Positions 1-9,400 of a DNA stretch of 64,000 bases are shown here, one piece after another; position 1 is the stretch's first letter, and every line of letters begins with the position of its first letter. The stretch spans positions 129,449-193,448 of the forward strand of contig CP065013.1 in the NCBI GenBank assembly GCA_016700315.1. Direction: 5' to 3'. The notes below the pieces were generated by a model. It searched no databases, was not told where the DNA came from, and was given only the letters and a program-made list of their open reading frames with translations. The translations under genes and the position numbers were made by a program. Source of the DNA: Candidatus Saccharimonadota bacterium. Lineage in GTDB: Bacteria > Patescibacteriota > Saccharimonadia > Saccharimonadales > SZUA-47.

Positions 1-760
1 TGGCTTCTACGCTTACCTTGTAGCCTAGTTTTTTACTCAATTCATTGTCAATGCGGTTCTTTGAAATACGCGAAGGTTTAGTTTTGTGTTCAGCCGCAAA
101 CTTTTCTGCCTGCCTGACTGTCCAGCCGCCTTTAAGTATTAGACTTAGCAGCTCTTCCTGTGATTTGACGTTGCTGTCTAGCGACAATATGGCGCGGGCG
201 TGCCCTTCGCTAATTTTGCCATCTTGCAGAGCTTTGATAGCAGCCTTGGGTAAGTTTAGCAGCCTAACCAAGTTATAGACCGTAGTCTCTGCCTTACCCA
301 GCCTTTTGGCTATTTCTTTATGATCGACGTTAAACTCGCTTTTTAGACGATTGATCGACAAAGCCTGCTCGAACGGCGACAAATCAACTCGCTGGACATT
401 CTCGATCAGGGCTATCTCTAGCCTCTCTAGCTCTTTGAGAGTACGCACAATTGCTGGTAGCTCGCTAAGCCCCAGTTTTTGTGCAGCTCTCCAACGTCGC
501 TCACCTGCAACAATTTGGTATTTGCCATTGTCGCTGCTGACTACTATAAGTGGCTGTAAAATGCCGTGCCGCTCAATTGAAGCCGCGAGACCAGCCAGCT
601 CTACTTCATCGATTTGCCGGCGCGGCTGTCTGGGGTCGGGCGTAACATCTTGAATTAGAATTTGCCTGACTCTAGACTTGTCTTCGTCGCTTAGCACGCT
701 CGCCAGGTCACCGCCAAAAAGCGCATCTATGCCACGGCCTAGACCTCTGTTTTCACTCAT
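1..760 (-). CDS. parB: Chromosome partitioning protein ParB (3' end runs off the left edge)
   Basis: Absent from the ORF track because no stop lies in the window. The ATG at 758-760 (minus) overlaps the parA stop as ATGA. My translation reads MSENRGLGRGIDALFGG...PRQPRRQIDEVELAGLAASIERHGILQPLIV...IVAGERRWRAAQKLGLSELPAIV...ALIENVQRVDLSPFE, which are classic ParB motifs. Confidence 0.9.
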   Translation of the reverse strand, partial: MSENRGLGRGIDALFGGDLASVLSDEDKSRVRQILIQDVTPDPRQPRRQIDEVELAGLAASIERHGILQPLIVVSSDNGKYQIVAGERRWRAAQKLGLSELPAIVRTLKELERLEIALIENVQRVDLSPFEQALSINRLKSEFNVDHKEIAKRLGKAETTVYNLVRLLNLPKAAIKALQDGKISEGHARAILSLDSNVKSQEELLSLILKGGWTVRQAEKFAAEHKTKPSRISKNRIDNELSKKLGYKVSVEA

Positions 761-1512
761 TTTAACCTCTCCAAAATTTCTTTACTTAAAGATTTGTAGG
801 CGCGTGCGCCCTTGCTCCATTTGTCGTGTTCTAAGATAGAACGACCAAAACTTGGCGCTTCGGCGAGTCTTACATTGCGCGGAATTCTGGTTTTGAAAAC
901 TTTGCCGCCAAAATGCTTTTCGACTTCGGCCACAACCTGTTCAGCTAAACTGGTACGGTTGTCATACATTGTTAGTACGACTCCTAGTAGTTTCAAATCT
1001 GCGTTTGAGCTGGCCTTTACTCTTTGGATAACGCTGACAAGCTGGCTTAAGCCCTCAAGAGCGTAGAACTCTGTCTGAACTGGTACCAACACTTCACTAG
1101 CAGCGGTCAGGGCATTGATCGTCAGTATCCCTAGTGAAGGCGGACAATCGATTAGCACAACGTCGAAAGCTGAGCTTGCAAGCAGCTTTTTGAGCTGCCC
1201 TACTCTGTTACTTGAGCCTGCTAGCTCTAGCTCTAAGGCAGCGAGATCAGAACTCGAAGGCAGTAAGTAAACTCCGTCTTGACTAGTCTCATAAATAGAG
1301 CTCGAAAGCTCGCTTTTGCCGCTTAGGCAGGTATATAGATTGGCCTCGACTTTGGAGCGATCAACACCCAAACCACTCGTTGCGTTGCCCTGCGGATCAA
1401 GATCAACAACCAAGACTCTCCGACCAGATTTGGCGGCGTAAGCTGCAACATTAATAGTAGTAGTAGTTTTGCCTACCCCGCCCTTCTGATTTAGTACTGC
1501 AACAATAGCCAC
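757..1512 (-). CDS. parA: ParA/Soj chromosome partitioning ATPase
   Basis: Deviant Walker A NQKGGVGKTTT, then VLVVDLDPQGNAT and DCPPSLG. GTG start preceded by AAGAGGG. Lies directly upstream of parB. Confidence 0.9.
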   Translation of the reverse strand: MAIVAVLNQKGGVGKTTTTINVAAYAAKSGRRVLVVDLDPQGNATSGLGVDRSKVEANLYTCLSGKSELSSSIYETSQDGVYLLPSSSDLAALELELAGSSNRVGQLKKLLASSAFDVVLIDCPPSLGILTINALTAASEVLVPVQTEFYALEGLSQLVSVIQRVKASSNADLKLLGVVLTMYDNRTSLAEQVVAEVEKHFGGKVFKTRIPRNVRLAEAPSFGRSILEHDKWSKGARAYKSLSKEILERLK

Positions 1513-1584
1513 TTTTGTTTTCCCTCTTATCTAATATAAGCTTAGCATAAGTGGTTAATAAAAATACAGAAGTAGACCACCGAT

Positions 1585-4500
1585 CTAAGGTTTACGCCAC
1601 GACAAGTTGCTGCCAGCGTAGATAGTCACACTTTGACCGGCTGTGGCGGTATTCTGGGCGAACTGGAACTGAAGATTGCCGGCCGTGGCAGCCGTTGTAA
1701 CGACGCCCTTAACATTAATAATTCCTCGGTAGTTTGCGTTATTGAGGATAGAGCACGTTTGCCCCGAAACTGTTATGTTACAAATTGTGTTGGTTGTTGC
1801 GGAGGTAGCCGCATCGGTGTAAATACTAACTGTGGCGCCCGTCGGAACAGTAAAGGTATACTTGAAATCTGCTGTGTTGCTTGTAGTCATATATGAGATA
1901 GTTGCATCTATGCTGTAAGAAGTGTTGGCCGCTAAAGCTTGAACAAGTACGGTGTCATTTTGGAAGGCAGCGTTGTTTGTGACTGTTTGGTTAGCCGCCT
2001 TATTGAGTGAGGTTTCGCTGAGACAGTCCTTCCATTGACCACCTTCATAGCATCTGAACTTACCGCTAGCGGAGTTATAATATTGGCCACCATTAACACC
2101 GGTTGGATCTCCAGCATTAGTTTTGGTATCAAGAACAAGCAGTATTCCTGTAGTATCGCCAGCTGTCGGTCCAACTCGAACTAACGCACCCGCAGTATCT
2201 ACCGTTAGGTAGCTTACTCCTCCACTCGCTACTGACAACGGCGTTGTGCCACCAGTGATCGAAAGCCCTGCACTATAAGTCTTAAGAGCTGAGTACGTTT
2301 GAGTCGCATTAAGCAGAGAAACGTTTGCCGAAAGTCGCAAGTCAGAGATAGTTCCGCTTGTAATGTTGGTTCCGCTAAGTGCCGTCAAAGATGAACCATC
2401 GCCACTAAAGCTGCTGGCCGAAACACTACCGCTAAAGCTCGGGCTGTTAGAGATTGCGAGGCCGCCACAAGTGCCGCCAGCGCCAAGTGTGATTGAAGTT
2501 CCGCCACCACTTAAGTTGCCTGTTCCTGATGGACAAACTAGTGTGATGTTGCCTTGTACAGCCGTGTTTGCTGCGGAGCCGTAAGCAACTGAAAGCGTTG
2601 CACTTCCGCCAGCGCCTAATGTGATAGAACCACCGCCAGAAAGCCCAGCACCAGCGGTAATTGTGAGCGAGGTGTTTCCCTGCACAGCAGTGCCAGCGGC
2701 TGAGCCGTAAGCAACGCTTAGTGCACCGGCAGCATTCGTTAAGCCTGTCCCCGTCAGATCAGTTAATCCATCACCATTTACAGTCAGTGTTTGTCCAGTA
2801 GTTATAGTTAAGCCTGCACCGAAAGTTTTGGCGCCAGAGAACGACTGGCTGTCAGTAAGAAGCGCTACATTAGTCGACAGTCGTCCGTCGGCCAGTGTGC
2901 CACTACTGATCGAGCTGGCATTCAAACTAGTTAGACTGGCGCCACTACCACTGAAATCGGTAGCCGTAACTGTGCCAGCGAAACTTGGGCTGCCTGAGAT
3001 AGAGATTGCCGAACAAGTACCACCGCTTCCGAGTGTAATTGTGTCACCGCCGCCGCTCAGATTGCCGCTGCCCGAAGCACATGTAAGTGTAGTGTTACCC
3101 TGTACGGCGGTGTTGGCAACTGAGCCATAAGAGACACTCAGAGCGCCGGCCGTATTAATTAAACCGTTGCCAGTTAGATCGCTCAAGTTATCGCCGTTTA
3201 TTGTCAGGTTTTGTCCTGTAGTAATCGTTAAGCCAGCATCGAAAGTTTTTACACCTGTGAACGTCGAGGTTCCACTGAGCAGTGTAACATTGCTACTTAG
3301 CAGTCCGTCAGACAGAGTGCCAGAACTGATGTTGCTAGCGTTTAGACCGGTAAGCGTTGAGCCATCAATAGCCGCAGTGTTGATGTTTGTCAGTCCCGAC
3401 GCATCACCAGTTAGCGCTGTCGCATTAAGAGTGCCGGTGACATTCACAATACCACCAGTTCCAGGGGTGAGTACCAGATCGCCTTCCGTACGACTTATGC
3501 TACCGTCCGAGATGTGTGTAGAGCCTGCGCCAACAACAATTCCGCCCAAGAAGTACCCTTGGAAGAAGCGATTGGCTTGACTAGTGTAGTCGGTGCTGGT
3601 TGCTCCGATATTCTGAACGTTGTACTTGGTAACCGTACGACCATTAGTGAAACTTACGGCCGGGCTAACGGTGTATGTACCAGTCCCTGGATCAGCCGTA
3701 ATACGTGTGTAATAGTCTTGCGTAGCGTTGTCTATGAACACAACATCATTGACGTTGAAGCTGTCGGCCGCAAGGGTCAGAGTAGTTGAGTTAGTACCGC
3801 TACCGCTAGTCGTACCTGCTGTACCGGTTGCTGAACCAGCGGCTACCAAGTTACCGTTAAAAGTCGTTAGTCCAGCAATCGACAAATTGCCGGCCGAGTT
3901 TACTCTAAGACGCTCAACACCGTTTGTTACGATACTCAAATCGTTGGCGTCGTTCGTGCCAATTACGGCTAGCGCACCGAAGCTATTGCCACCCTGTATA
4001 AAGGCTTGCGCTATACCGCTTCCACCTACCGAACGCTGTGCCTCAATAAAGCTACCAGCGAGCACCGTAGTATTGGCTGCATTAGCAGTATTCTGTGCCC
4101 AGTTCAAAGTTACGATACCTGCAGTAGCACCATTGGTTACCGTTCCCGCTACTTCAAAAACATCTGTTGCAGTACTCATTGGCACAGCACCAGACGAAAC
4201 ACCACACCCAAGATTTCCAACTGCCAAGGCATTTTCTGCTTCACTAACTGAGTTTACACACGTCGCACCGACTGGAGCGGTTACACTGAACTTTATGTCT
4301 GGGGTTGCGTTACCTGTTATCTGAAGATAGAATCGATAGTTCCAGGTTTCGTTAGCGCCAACAGAGAAGAAGAGCTGATCGTCGGGCTGTAATGCAGCAG
4401 TTGGGTTAACTGTGTTGTTCTGCACTTCGCTAATTGTCTTGGTTTTATTGATTATTGGGTTTGTTATGCCGCTGCCAGCAGTTAGCGACTTCCAGCTTGT

Positions 4501-5337
4501 ACCGTCATAGCCTTCAAAATCTGTGCCTGTCCAGCGTAAAGTTCCTGCTGTAGTACTCGTGCTAGTACCTAGCGTTAGACCCTGACTCAAAGATGCATTT
4601 CCAGTTTTATCCAAACTGAAAGCTGAAGTACCGTTTCCTCTCAAATCAAGCAATAAACCGCTTCCTGTCTGGTCAATCGCCAGAGCTGCTAGTGCACTAT
4701 TGACATTCTGGATTGTGCTAGGGGCTAACTGAGCAAAGCCAGACGAATCGATCCCGTCTAGTTTGTCGGCCTCGAATGCGTATGGCACAGCTGTCAGCTT
4801 GATGCGCGGAGACATCTCGCCGTCCCAGACTGGTGAGACAGGCGTACCACCAATGTTCATACTTAGCCAAAGATCGCTGCTCCAAGGAACGTTAGCAGAG
4901 AACGCCGTCACAGATCCGAGATTAACGCTGAAGTAGCCGTTCTTGACTCGAACTTTATTCGCTCCGCTACGAGTCTCAAGCCACCAACAATCATCGCTGC
5001 TGGAATTAAGCGAGCAAGCACCTTGTGCGCTCGCCCCCGCTGCTGCCGAATCGTAAAGTTTAAATTCGACGTTATAATCGCCATCAGCCACCAGGCCACC
5101 ACTAGCGTTTAAGAGGCGTGCTTGGAAGTTAAGAGTGGTCGGGGCAGCACTTGCTTGTGTCGCAAAATATCTAGCCTGTACGGCTACTAAGACCGAAACC
5201 AAAAACAGACCAGTCAAAATGGTCTTAATATACAGAGCACCCCTTCCCCTCAGTGGGAAGCGCTTACGGGCGCATAACCGGTAGCCTAGAGGGCTGAACA
5301 TATTTTGTTTTTGTTTTCTGGACGACTTCCGCACCAA
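1585..5337 (-). CDS. Giant surface protein A (class 1, fibre-like, solo copy)
   Basis: Uninterrupted 3.7-kb ORF with a basic N-terminus and one hydrophobic helix (ILTGLFLVSVLVAV). The N-domain LNFQARLLNASGGLV...KLTAVPYAF is paralogous to gene C. It has about three 130-aa internal repeats (GLTITTGQxLTxNGDxLxDLTGxGL...SGTLxDxRLSxNVxLL). The C-terminal motif is LVLDTKTNAGDPTGVNGGQYYNSASGKFRCYEGGQWKDC. The track start at 5337 is TTG. I prefer the ATG at 5301, which is preceded by AAAACAAAAACAAAAT. Confidence 0.8.
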   Translation of the reverse strand: MVRKSSRKQKQNMFSPLGYRLCARKRFPLRGRGALYIKTILTGLFLVSVLVAVQARYFATQASAAPTTLNFQARLLNASGGLVADGDYNVEFKLYDSAAAGASAQGACSLNSSSDDCWWLETRSGANKVRVKNGYFSVNLGSVTAFSANVPWSSDLWLSMNIGGTPVSPVWDGEMSPRIKLTAVPYAFEADKLDGIDSSGFAQLAPSTIQNVNSALAALAIDQTGSGLLLDLRGNGTSAFSLDKTGNASLSQGLTLGTSTSTTAGTLRWTGTDFEGYDGTSWKSLTAGSGITNPIINKTKTISEVQNNTVNPTAALQPDDQLFFSVGANETWNYRFYLQITGNATPDIKFSVTAPVGATCVNSVSEAENALAVGNLGCGVSSGAVPMSTATDVFEVAGTVTNGATAGIVTLNWAQNTANAANTTVLAGSFIEAQRSVGGSGIAQAFIQGGNSFGALAVIGTNDANDLSIVTNGVERLRVNSAGNLSIAGLTTFNGNLVAAGSATGTAGTTSGSGTNSTTLTLAADSFNVNDVVFIDNATQDYYTRITADPGTGTYTVSPAVSFTNGRTVTKYNVQNIGATSTDYTSQANRFFQGYFLGGIVVGAGSTHISDGSISRTEGDLVLTPGTGGIVNVTGTLNATALTGDASGLTNINTAAIDGSTLTGLNASNISSGTLSDGLLSSNVTLLSGTSTFTGVKTFDAGLTITTGQNLTINGDNLSDLTGNGLINTAGALSVSYGSVANTAVQGNTTLTCASGSGNLSGGGDTITLGSGGTCSAISISGSPSFAGTVTATDFSGSGASLTSLNASSISSGTLADGRLSTNVALLTDSQSFSGAKTFGAGLTITTGQTLTVNGDGLTDLTGTGLTNAAGALSVAYGSAAGTAVQGNTSLTITAGAGLSGGGSITLGAGGSATLSVAYGSAANTAVQGNITLVCPSGTGNLSGGGTSITLGAGGTCGGLAISNSPSFSGSVSASSFSGDGSSLTALSGTNITSGTISDLRLSANVSLLNATQTYSALKTYSAGLSITGGTTPLSVASGGVSYLTVDTAGALVRVGPTAGDTTGILLVLDTKTNAGDPTGVNGGQYYNSASGKFRCYEGGQWKDCLSETSLNKAANQTVTNNAAFQNDTVLVQALAANTSYSIDATISYMTTSNTADFKYTFTVPTGATVSIYTDAATSATTNTICNITVSGQTCSILNNANYRGIINVKGVVTTAATAGNLQFQFAQNTATAGQSVTIYAGSNLSWRKP

Positions 5338-5676
5338 CCAGCCTGCTTACTTGCAGCGCAAGTAACTCTGCTGCTGGTGCGAAACCCGTTCCCCTTCTAA
5401 AAGCTTTAGGTACTCTTCACGAAAAGAGTAAAACTATAAGCTTTTCCCGTGCCGTAAATCACACGAATGATTTTGGCTTTGATCTGTTTTTTGTTTTTGT
5501 TTTTGTTGTCAGTCAGATCACCCCTTATTGTACAGAGGCGAAAATGCTAATGCAAGAGAAAGACCGAAGTTATACACAGGAATCTAAATCTGTCTTTCTG
5601 TACCACAAAATACTAAAAACATCGGGACCAAGCAGCTTAAATTTAGGTATTATCGTGCTAGCCGTATGATACTAGC

Positions 5677-6405
5677 TTACTTGTACAGCTTAATGTACTC
5701 AGCCCATGTTGCGGCATCAAATTTGCTCGGTGCTGAGATGAATATCAGTCTTTCATTTGTCGCAAAGACGACTCTTTGCCCCACGGCGTTTGGAGCATCG
5801 GCTGTCGCAAAATATGCTTTTCCGTAAACAGAATCAAAAGCTTCTTTTGCGCCTATGCTTACTGCTATTTCTTGAATTTTGCTCGGATTATCTTTTAGGT
5901 CTTGGGGAAGAACTTGTTGAGTAATAGTTAGGTCCACATTCTTAAAGCTATCAATAAAGGACAGCGTACCGGTGGTCTCGTTCTTACGAATATCCGTTGG
6001 TTTGACATTATTACTACTGGGCAAGAGTGGTGTCACCTGCTCTACCTGACTTACGCCCAGTGTACCCGTCGTTGGGTTGGCCTTTTTTGTTCTAAAGATG
6101 AAAGGTAAGGCAATTAAGACAAGTAGCACCGGGATGGCAATTTTTATTTCACGCCGATTTAAGTGTTTTGCGCTCTTTTGTATAGGCTTTATTTTAGATA
6201 TAAGCGTAAGCTTTAGGGATTTTAGTTTCCCGATTTTTGGCTTGTGGAGATCTGATTTTATGCGCACTGCATCCTTACGACGCTGTTCACGAAGCCTAGC
6301 CATGTCTCTACGAAATGTAGACTGAGTATCTCGTCTGACATTGTCTAATTCATTTGTTGCCCGACGCGGGCGCAGCCTATAGTTACCTCTTTCGTGTTCC
6401 ATCAT
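5677..6405 (-). CDS. Hypothetical single-pass membrane protein (basic N-terminus, one TM helix, ~130-aa extracytoplasmic domain)
   Basis: ORF of 242 aa. Arg/Lys-rich first 95 aa, hydrophobic helix IAIPVLLVLIALPFIF, then a globular C-terminus. Sits 44 nt downstream of giant gene B on the same strand. Confidence 0.6.
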   Translation of the reverse strand: MMEHERGNYRLRPRRATNELDNVRRDTQSTFRRDMARLREQRRKDAVRIKSDLHKPKIGKLKSLKLTLISKIKPIQKSAKHLNRREIKIAIPVLLVLIALPFIFRTKKANPTTGTLGVSQVEQVTPLLPSSNNVKPTDIRKNETTGTLSFIDSFKNVDLTITQQVLPQDLKDNPSKIQEIAVSIGAKEAFDSVYGKAYFATADAPNAVGQRVVFATNERLIFISAPSKFDAATWAEYIKLYK

Positions 6406-6449
6406 CTATTATTCTACCAAAGCCCCAGACTAACTCCTAAAGTAGGTAC

Positions 6450-9400
6450 TTACGGTAACGGACAATTTGCGTCGACCGACTGTCGACAAGGCGCATCGAG
6501 CGGTTGCTGCTCGCCACCAGTAAAGGTTTTGCCATGGCGCAAGCGTTTTGAGGGATCAGATGTAAAGAACAGCGACAAGTCAGAGATGGTCGGACCCCTA
6601 TTAACATCTTCTGGATACCCAAATGTCTGAGAAGCATCGATCGAAACATAGAAGTAATAGTACCGGGCGCAGTTGATATTTCCTCCGGTACTGTCTTTGG
6701 GGGTGTAAGAAGCGACGTCGCCAAGGGTTACATTGCCGTAGTTAGTTTCTTGACCCCAAGTTGTCATCGTTGCCATGGTGGCCGACGTACCACAGTCTTC
6801 GGCGGGATTGACGGCTCCGTCATTTGGGTCGTGCATTGATCGATACGTTGCCTGCCAACGCGCACCGATAGAGTTGTCTATACCGTTCATCAGCCATGAA
6901 TTAGGAAATACATCTGTATCCGTGTCGATCATGCGTGAATATATTGCAACCTGTGGCTGAGAATAAACGGCGGTCTGAAGAGTCCTGTTAGAGCCAGTAA
7001 ATGAAAAACTTGCTGGCCTAATAGCAATAGTGAAAGCCGAGCTATCGTTAGCTGCATTCATAGTAAACGACCCTGGGTCCACACTAGCCGAAGCCGATTC
7101 TTGCCAGGCAGAGCTGACCGTGGCGCCCCCCGTACCGGTATTGGACTGACTGTGCACGCCTCCATTAAAACCAGATGGGTAGGTTGTGACGGAGTTGAAA
7201 CTTGACCCACCCGCGTAGGCTATCCATAGAGTATTTTCTGTGCCCCAGGCTCCTGGGTCAAGCGATGCGGGATTTGGGGTACTAGTGTTAGCGTTACTGG
7301 CTACCGACGCTTCTACACCGGCTAGGGTGCCCGACCACTCGCCACTCTTTATCCTGTAGACGTGTACAGCGGCTTCTTCTGCAACAGATGTAGGCACATC
7401 TACCGATGCGCCGTCTTCAGTTCCATCGGCAACTTTGGCATAGATATTAACCCGCACCTGGTTATTGCTTACACCAGCGGTTCCATGGACATTAGACCAA
7501 CCAGTAGGAGTGGTTGTGGTTGTACCGGCTGCAGCAATATCGTTTGTAAATAACATTAAAAGAAGATCGCCGGAGTCAACCGCCGATGGCATGGTCACTC
7601 CGTGAGCCGTTGCGGCTGTAGAAAAAGTTTGAGTTAAAAGGTTGCTAATAGTTGGGAATCCGTCACATACACCGCCAGTTAGGTAATATTTACCTTGGTA
7701 GTATGAAACGCTATTACCGTATCTCTTGCCACTATAACGAGAGTTTGTCTCAAACCAATCTCCTACTCCTGTTGGGTTGTTTCCCGAAGCGATTGTTGTA
7801 TTTGCGCTAATCGGTGCCACAAAGGTATTGCTAGCACAGTTAGTATTTGAGCTTCTGCCTCCTATAAGATAGATATAGCCATTGGCCGCAAAGCCATCCG
7901 CTTGCCTAATAGAATTTGGTAGTGCAGTGCTAAAAGTCCATGCATCAACTGAGCCGTCAGTATTAATCTGCGTAAACTGTACATCATTTAAATAATTAGT
8001 GCCGTCATATCCACCCATAAGATATAAGTTGTTTGCGTAAGCAACCAATGTCGATCCGCTACGCGCTACGTCAAAAGAGGTTGTAGTTGTCCAAGATGAT
8101 GCTATGTTACCCCCCGCACTTAAATCAGGACTGACATAGACCACATTTGATACGGCCCCTCCGGTTTCTGCTATACCGCCAGCTACGTAGATACGATTGT
8201 TCCATACTGTAGCGGAATGCTGAGTACGACCGTCTGGGAGATCATTCGACGATCCTACTGTGCTCCACGTAACCGCACCGCCCGAAGGCGTTGCGTAGTA
8301 AATCTCTGGTCTTTCATCGCTAGCTGTGCTACTTTGTCCACCAACATAGTAAAGCGTTCCGCCTGCTACTTCTAGCTGACCCCACGCCCTAACGGCCGGC
8401 AGGTTGCCTCCAGCTGTCCAGCTCCCAACATTACCGTAAATATCTATGGGCGCGTACTGTACGCTGTCGGTAGCCGTAGTACAGTCGGCAGTAGATGTAC
8501 AGCCCCCTGCTACATACAGATAGCCGCCAACGACCGCACTGCTAGAACCAAATCGGTCGGTAGCAAATTGATTAGCACTAGCCGAGTACAGCACAGGCGC
8601 ACCACTATCGTTATTATAGATCTGGAACGTCTGTATATCGTTTGTCCGACTAGAACAACTACTAGGCGCGGCACCGGCTGTACAGCCGCCAATGACATAG
8701 GCAAAAGAGTTTGAAACCGGAACGGTTAGGCCCCATCGCCTGTTAATAGTCACCGATGAAGCCTCCCAAACACCTATATCACCAGTGCTTACATCGATCT
8801 GCGCAAACTCAATGTCCGCAAGAGCATCTGTTCCGTCATAACCACCTGTCACATATAGGTAGCCATTATAGCCAAAGCCCGATCCTCGTCGTCTACCAAC
8901 AAGTATTTCATTGGCCGATACCGTCCAGGAGGCAGTACCAGCACCGTCTGACTCAACGACATTATTGTTGTCATCAAATTTGGCATACCTAACTTCAGTG
9001 AGATCAGTTACTCCATCGCCAAGACCACCCATAAGATATATATAATTTGCATATACGGCTCCGGCATGGGCCCCCAACCCAGGGCTACCCGCTCCAGATG
9101 GTGTACCGATCTGAGTTTGGCCGGTTTCCGTACAGCCTGAGGGGGCTCCTGAGGTTGATATATTGCACTTCACGACACTATCAGTGTAGCCACCACAGCC
9201 TGGCCCAGACGTAGTTGAGGAACATCCTCCAAAAATAAACAAATGTCCAGGGGTCGATCCAGCCGAAGACGGATTAGCTCGAGCATAAGCAAAGGCATAG
9301 GAGATATCTGAAGCACCGATTGTTGTTAGATCTGCACTTTGCCAGTCGCCGAGGCTACCATCGTAGTTAACGGTCACATAACGAATATTTGTTGCTATAG

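Noticed and set aside
5302-5337. Longest-ORF start codons at 5337 (TTG), 21136, 45215 (GTG), 52465 (TTG) and 44785
   Set aside because: In each case a downstream start has better support: a shared A-rich leader, identity with the paralogue N-terminus, leaderless promoter spacing, or an SD. The upstream extension adds non-homologous residues. The track coordinates are kept in the feature table for traceability.
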